Shown one piece after another: positions 58,485-64,000 of a stretch of 64,000 nucleotides of DNA. Both the position numbers and the translations under genes were made by a program. The first letter of the stretch is position 1. Each line of letters opens with the position of its first letter. The DNA is from an uncultured Chloroflexia bacterium (GTDB taxonomy: Bacteria; Chloroflexota; Anaerolineae; Anaerolineales; UBA11858). The notes under the pieces are model-generated. The model did not search any database, was not told where the DNA came from, and saw nothing but the letters and a program-made list of their open reading frames with translations. The stretch covers positions 70,194 through 134,193 of the forward strand of contig CAVQTT010000005.1 in assembly GCA_963716695.1 (NCBI GenBank). The letters run 5' to 3'.

Positions 58485-59423
58485 ATGGATCAATTGAGGA
58501 AAACCTGGCAGGTCTTACGTCGCAACCCCATGGCTATTGTGGGGATCGTAATGCTGCTCTTTGTGCTGATCATGGCAATCTTTGCTCCTCTGCTGGCCCC
58601 TTATGACCCGGAAGAGCATATTGATGTGGCTATCAGCGATATCCTGGCGCCTCCGGATGCGGAACACCTTTTAGGCCGGGATGATGCCGGCAAAGACGTG
58701 CTCAGCTCCCTGATCTACGGGGCCCGGGTATCCCTGATGGTGGGGTTTGTTTCCTCCTTCTTTTCCATGTTCATCGGTACTACGGTTGGCCTGGTGGCAG
58801 GCTATTACGGCGGGCGCGTCAGCAATGTCCTGATGCGCATCACTGATTTTCTGATGGTCATCCCCGATCTGCCGCTGATGCTGGTGATCATCTCGGTTTG
58901 GGGGCGGGGAATATGGAAAATTATTCTGGTCATCAGTATCCTGTACTGGACATATACTGCCCGGCTGGTACGCTCCCAGGTGCTCTCTATTAAAGAACGC
59001 CAATATGTGCTGCGAGCCCGGGCTCTGGGAGCCAATAATTTCCGCATTATCACCCGCCATATCCTGCCCCAGGTTCTGCCGCTGATCATTGCCCAGGGCG
59101 TGTTGGACATATCATCCTCGATCATTGCCGAGTCCACCCTGAGTTTCCTCGGGTTGGGTGATCCCACCTTGATCAGCTGGGGCATGATGCTCAATTTTGC
59201 GTTTGAACGGGCAGTCAGCCGCATGGCCTGGTGGTTCCTGCTTCCACCGGGTTTTGCCATTGTCTGGGTCAGCCTGGCGATTATTTTGATCGGCAACGCC
59301 TTTGAGGAGATTGTCAACCCCCGCCTGAAGACCCACCACCTTTTTAACCCGCGCAAGATGGTCTCACTGCTGATGGGCAAACCGCTCCTGGTTGAAACTG
59401 AGACCTCGCCGGAGGTTGAATAA
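58485..59423 (+). CDS. ABC peptide transporter permease (DppC/OppC-like)
   Basis: 312 aa. HLLGRDDAGKDVLS motif, 6 TM. Confidence 0.85.
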   Translation: MDQLRKTWQVLRRNPMAIVGIVMLLFVLIMAIFAPLLAPYDPEEHIDVAISDILAPPDAEHLLGRDDAGKDVLSSLIYGARVSLMVGFVSSFFSMFIGTTVGLVAGYYGGRVSNVLMRITDFLMVIPDLPLMLVIISVWGRGIWKIILVISILYWTYTARLVRSQVLSIKERQYVLRARALGANNFRIITRHILPQVLPLIIAQGVLDISSSIIAESTLSFLGLGDPTLISWGMMLNFAFERAVSRMAWWFLLPPGFAIVWVSLAIILIGNAFEEIVNPRLKTHHLFNPRKMVSLLMGKPLLVETETSPEVE

Positions 59424-60403
59424 TGGCTGTCTTGGATGTGCGCGACCTGTCAGTCCAGTATCTGAGCGAAGAGGGAAAAACCCTCCTGGCGGTCGAGAAT
59501 GTCGGTTTCAAATTAGAACAGGGCCGCTCTCTGGGGCTGGTGGGCGAATCCGGCTGCGGAAAAACCACGGTGATGCTCTCCCTGCTGCGCCTGCTTCCCG
59601 AAGCCGGGCGCATCTCCAGCGGTCAGGTCCTTTTTGAGGGGAAGGATTTGCTGAGGATTCCCGAGAATGAGATGCGATCGTACCGCTGGCGCGATATTTC
59701 GATGGTCTTTCAAGGATCAATGAATGCCCTCAATCCGGTTCGAACCGTAGAGAGCCAGATCATCGAAGCTGTCCGGCATCCGGATAAAGGGATAGTCTCC
59801 CAACAGGCCCGCCACCGGACCGGCGAACTGCTTGAGATGGTGGGCATCCCAGCCAAGCGCGGCACCCAGTATCCGCACCAGTTTAGCGGGGGCATGAAAC
59901 AACGGGCAGTGATCGCGATGGCCCTGGCCTGCAACCCGAAGGTATTGATCGCCGATGAGCCTACCACAGCTCTGGACGTGATGATCCAGGCCCAAATTAT
60001 TGAACTGCTGGAAGACCTGCAAAAAGAACTCAACCTGGCGCTGGTGATCGTGACCCATGACCTGGGAGTAGTTGCCGAGATGTGCACCGATGTCCTGGTG
60101 ATGTATGGCGGCACAATGGCTGAATATGCTGACAGCGACACCATTTTTAATAATCCCCGCCATCCCTACACCCAGAGATTACTGCGGGCCTTTCCTGATA
60201 TCGCCGAACCCGGATCGGAGCTGGCATCCATCCCTGGCAGTCCTCCCCGGTTGGATAGGCTTCCTCCCGGATGCCGCTTCCAGGAGCGCTGCCATGTCTG
60301 TGAGGGTGAGTCGATCTGTTCTCAACAGCATCCTGCTCTGACAGTGATCGATCCTGGCCACCTGGTCGCCTGCCACCTGCTGGATAAAACCAGGGATAGC
60401 TGA
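59423..60403 (+). CDS. ABC peptide transporter ATP-binding protein (DppD/OppD-like)
   Basis: Walker A GESGCGKT, signature FSGGMKQR, Walker B LIADEPTTALD, C-terminal oligopeptide domain with Cys motif. Confidence 0.9.
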   Translation: MAVLDVRDLSVQYLSEEGKTLLAVENVGFKLEQGRSLGLVGESGCGKTTVMLSLLRLLPEAGRISSGQVLFEGKDLLRIPENEMRSYRWRDISMVFQGSMNALNPVRTVESQIIEAVRHPDKGIVSQQARHRTGELLEMVGIPAKRGTQYPHQFSGGMKQRAVIAMALACNPKVLIADEPTTALDVMIQAQIIELLEDLQKELNLALVIVTHDLGVVAEMCTDVLVMYGGTMAEYADSDTIFNNPRHPYTQRLLRAFPDIAEPGSELASIPGSPPRLDRLPPGCRFQERCHVCEGESICSQQHPALTVIDPGHLVACHLLDKTRDS

Positions 60404-60486
60404 GGATGTAGCTTTGATGAAATGTATCCCAAAAGTCGAAAATATTTTTCTCCAGTGGGCAAGAATACTATCCAATAATTGCTGCT

Positions 60487-61560
60487 ATGAATAACTGAAA
60501 CCCAGCCAATCCTGAAAATCGAATCTCTATATAAACATTTTCCAGTGGAGTTCACCATCGCTGACCGTTTGAAGCGCCAGCCACGGAAAATTGTCCACGC
60601 TGTGGATGGGGTCAGTTTCGAGGTGCCGCGAGGGGAGATCTTGGCCCTGGTGGGGGAATCCGGCTCCGGGAAGACCACAGTAGGGATGAATATTCTTGGT
60701 TTACAGGTTCCTACCAAAGGCCGGGTTATCTTTGACGGTCATGATGTTGCCGGGTGGTCCAGGGGACGACTTAAACCTAACGGCGAGGCTGATGGCACCT
60801 GGAATGTTTAAACCGCCGGGGGCAGATCATGAGCTTACGGCGCCGGGCCCAGATGATCTTCCAGGATCCCTATGAATCCTTAAATCCCCGGCAGACCATC
60901 TATAAGATCGTCGCTGAACCGCTTGAGATCCATTCCCTGACAAAAAACAAGGAGCACCAGAAAGCCCTGGTTAAGTCTGCCCTGGAAGACAGCGGCCTGG
61001 CACCAGCCGATCATTTTTGGAATCGTTTTCCAGACGAGCTGTCCGGCGGCCAGCGCCAGCGGGTGGTGATCGCCGGAGCATTGGTATTGGAGCCTGAGCT
61101 GCTGATTGCTGATGAGCCAGTCTCGATGCTGGATGTCTCGATCCGGGCTGAAATCCTTACCCTGCTGCAGAACCTGCGGCGGGATCGGAATATCACGATC
61201 CTCTATACAACCCATGACCTGGCAACAGCCGGATATTTCACAGACCGCATGGCTGTGATGTACCTGGGCAGGATCGTGGAGATCGGCCCCACCGTAGATG
61301 TGCTTAAGAACCCCCGGCATCCCTATACTCAATCACTGGTTTCGGTGGCTCCTGTGCCAAATCCCCGCAAACGCCGCAAGCGTTTGATCCTGCAGGGTGA
61401 AGTCCCCAACCCGATCGAAGTGCCCTCCGGATGCCGCTTTCACCCCCGCTGCCCGATAGCCGAAGAGCGCTGCCAGGTTATAGACCCGCCTTATATATCC
61501 CTTGGTAAAGGACACCAGGCAGCCTGCCTGCTGGTTGAGGGTTCCCAGGAGGAAGTTTGA
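60487..61560 (+). pseudogene. ABC peptide transporter ATP-binding protein (DppF/OppF-like), at least two frame disruptions
   Basis: Walker A GESGSGKT lies in ORF 60545..60811. Q-loop QMIFQDP, LSGGQRQR and LLIADEP lie in ORF 60829..61560. The conserved N-terminal strand PILKIESLYKHFPV is in frame with the first ORF but has no start codon, and ATG 60487 is one frame off. Confidence 0.75.
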
Positions 61561-61701
61561 GCATGATTGGTCGCCCAGTCCGCCAGCTTTGAAAGCTGGG
61601 GCAATATCCGCCAACCTGCAGACCACTTCCTGAAGCCTGATTAAGTCTCTGGCACTCTCATATTCACGGAAAATATCACTAATCACCTTGTTGGAGACCC
61701 T

Positions 61702-63587
61702 ATGAAATCTGAAGAATATCTGGACTTGTTATTATCCCTTCCAGACATGGAGGACTACCTGCCCAAGGTGTCCCCGGACGGGAAATGGATCAGCTGGACC
61801 TGGTTTAAAGTTGGGCCGGCAAGTGATGTTTTTTGTGTCCCCTCCGATGGATCATCAGCTCCGTTTCGCCTGACCCAAACCCCTGAAAATACCAGTCTGC
61901 TGTCCTGGGCGCCGGACAGCCAGGCAGTTATTGTGGCCCAGGACCAAGCGGGTGATGAACGCTACCGGTTGTTTAAAGTGGATCTGGATCAACCCCTGGA
62001 ACTGCAGCCGCTGACCGAAGCTGCTCCCGAGTACTATATCCAGGGCGGACGGCTCCATCCCAATGGCAAATGGCTGGTCTATACTGCCAACACTGATGTC
62101 GAGACTGGAAGGGAGCTTGAGGCTTCCTGGCTCTACCGCCATGACCTGGTTTCAGGCGAGCGCATCCCCCTGGCTCAACCCTCAAAAGCCATGGAAACCG
62201 AACCCAAACTCAACCTCACCGGCACACATATTCTTTACGGACGTAAGGATCTGCACCCTGCTGGTGTGCAAACCTGGCTGATCGACATTGACGGCAAAGA
62301 TGACCGGGAGATCCTGAATTACGGCCCTGATGTTAAGACGTTTGCGGACTGGCTGCCGGACAGCCGCCGGGCCCTGGTCCAGGTGGAAACTGGGACCCAC
62401 CGCAAAATTGGGATCTGGTCTTTAGATACGGGAACGATCAACTGGCTGCTGGATGATCCCTCCCGGGATATCATCAACGCTTATGTGCCAAATGGCAGCC
62501 AGTGGGCTGTGATCGTGCAATTCCAGCAGGGGAAAGTGAGCTGTTCCCTGATCGATCTGGACAGCGGCGCAGAGATTATCCTGCCCAAAATCCCTGGAAA
62601 CCTGATCCCGCTGGCTCCCGCGTTCCCTTTCCACACCGCTGAGAACCAGGGAAAGCTTGATATAGAACGGGACATCTGGCTGGGATTCTACTATTCCTCC
62701 CGTCAGCCCACCGATGTGGTGCGTTTTCCTCTGACTGATCCACGTCCTGAAAAATTCATCAGCCTGACTGATATCTGGGGCCTGACCCAGCTCTCAGCCG
62801 GCGGATTTTGTCCAGGCTGAAGATTATCAGTGGACCTCGGGGGATGGGTTGAAAATCCACGGCTGGTTGTACCGGGCCAGGGGCCAGGCCCGCGGGACGG
62901 TCATCTATATCCACGGCGGACCGACCTGGCACAGCGAGGATTGGATCAATCCCAGAATCCAGTATTATACAGCGCTGGACTTTAATGTGCTGGATATCAA
63001 CTACCGCGGAAGCACCGGCTACGGGTTGCCCTTTCGGGAAGCCATCCGGGAGGATGGTTGGGGAGGGCGGGAGCAGGAGGATATCCGCGCTGGTATTGAA
63101 TCCCTGCTGAACCGAGGGCATTGCCCAAAAAGGGAAGATCGGCATCACTGGCACTTCCTATGGGGGTTATTCCTCCTGGTGGGCCATCACCCATTTCCCC
63201 CCGGAGATTGTAGCTGCCGCAATCCCGGTCTGCGGTATGACCGACCTGGTTGTGGATTATGAGACTACCCGCCCTGACATGCGTCCCTACAGTGAAGAGA
63301 TGATGGGCGGCAGGCCTGATCAAGTTCCGGAACGCTACTTCCAACGCTCGCCGATCAACTTTGTGGATCGGATCAGGGGCAAGCTGCTCATCGTCCAGGG
63401 AGAGCGGGACCCGAACGTCACTCCCAAGAATGTATCTGACGTGGTCAAAAAGCTGGATGCCGCCGGGATCCCCTATGAATTACTGACTTTTGAGGATGAA
63501 GGCCACGGGATCTCAAAAACTCCCAATCAGCGGACCTTGTTGTTGCGCCAGGGGCAATTTTTTGAGGAAGCGTTCAACCAGGGATAA
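61702..63587 (+). pseudogene. S9 family prolyl oligopeptidase/dipeptidyl peptidase (beta-propeller plus alpha/beta hydrolase), two frameshifts
   Basis: Track ORFs 61702..62820, 62849..63262 and 63237..63587. Joined reading ...WGLTQLSA/ADFVQAEDYQWTSGDGLKIHGWLY...IESLLNRG/IAQKGKIGITGTSYGGYSSWW (GxSxGG nucleophile)...QGERDPNV...EGHG. Confidence 0.8.
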
Positions 63588-63747
63588 GCGGTAGACTCAA
63601 GATAGAACCAACTCAGGCTGAAACAAGATCAACGAACTATCTTTGCATTAGAGTAGCCTATTGGCCGCAGCATCCCTCTGGATTGATGTCAATCTCAAGT
63701 GACTGCTGGACCTGATACATAAGTCGATTAGTCGACTGCCTGGCTGG

Positions 63748-64000
63748 TCAATCCTGGTTGGTTTCTGTGGTAATGAGGTCTGCTCTGGCTTGCAGCAGCA
63801 GCCCGTACTTCTGGAGCAGTTTTTCCGGATTGCCAGCCCGAAATGCTTTCAGGAGATCTCCTTCGAGTTCAGCGACTGCCAGGCGGGAATAATAATCCAG
63901 CATTTCTTTAAGGTGAGCCAGGACGATCCTGCCCGTCAGCAAGGGATGATTGTTGGTCACATTGGCATCGGGAAATTGGATGCCGTGCTCCAGCTCAACT
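63748..64000 (-). CDS. hypothetical protein, N-terminus probably beyond the window edge
   Basis: The track ORF 63748..63960 starts at GTG, but the frame stays open to nt 64000 (VELEHGIQFPDAN-VTNNHPLL...). No motif. Confidence 0.35.
   Translation of the reverse strand, partial: VELEHGIQFPDANVTNNHPLLTGRIVLAHLKEMLDYYSRLAVAELEGDLLKAFRAGNPEKLLQKYGLLLQARADLITTETNQD

Overview
64-kb chromosomal segment from an anaerobic bacterium, roughly 50-55% GC by eye. Gene content resembles Chloroflexota/Anaerolineae, but that is inference only. I support about 55 protein genes, 3 tRNAs (Phe-Gly-Cys, minus strand), several intrinsic terminators and a few structured intergenic elements. No rRNA, CRISPR array, transposase or integrase was seen.

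Layout:
- 0-20 kb: mostly housekeeping. A cooC-type ATPase is cut by the left edge, followed by DUF3786, MFS, GNAT, HAD, dus, radA, LysM-M23, rnhA, an M1-like peptidase and uvrA.
- 20-32 kb: ADP-forming acetyl-CoA synthetase; an AT-rich block carrying a GH3-family adenylating enzyme coupled to a 7TM-GAF-GAF-HD-GYP receptor; a GctAB-like CoA-transferase pair; an unrecognised 419-aa protein; a four-helix-bundle (23S-IVS/Avd-like) cassette bracketed by inverted GTAAG repeats; panB.
- 32.6-41.4 kb: methyl-branch C1 module of folD, fhs, fdhD, NuoE-like, NuoF-like and a formate dehydrogenase alpha subunit. The ORF track splits the alpha subunit at an in-frame UGA that I read as selenocysteine, with a SECIS-like hairpin downstream.
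- 43.6-53.8 kb: one long minus-strand run of class-III aminotransferase, thiolase, a second CoA-transferase pair, tungsten-type AOR, MoaD-like, M14-like, C45/Ntn hydrolase and a non-Pyl MttB-family methyltransferase.
- 54-64 kb: serine hydrolase, Dpp/Opp-type peptide ABC transporter, S9 peptidase.

A recurring feature is about 15 frame disruptions in 10 genes. Most are reconcilable at short homopolymer runs and they cluster non-uniformly. I cannot tell sequencing indels from real decay, so these genes are listed as pseudogene-type features with that caveat.

Candidates for something new:
- the MT-GH3-HD-GYP module inside a compositionally foreign block whose edges fall inside genes;
- the IVS-like cassette inside an operon;
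- the unknown protein in the panB/CoA-transferase operon;
- the aminotransferase-AOR-CoA-transferase-thiolase operon.

No database search was possible. All family calls rest on motifs I can read in the translations.
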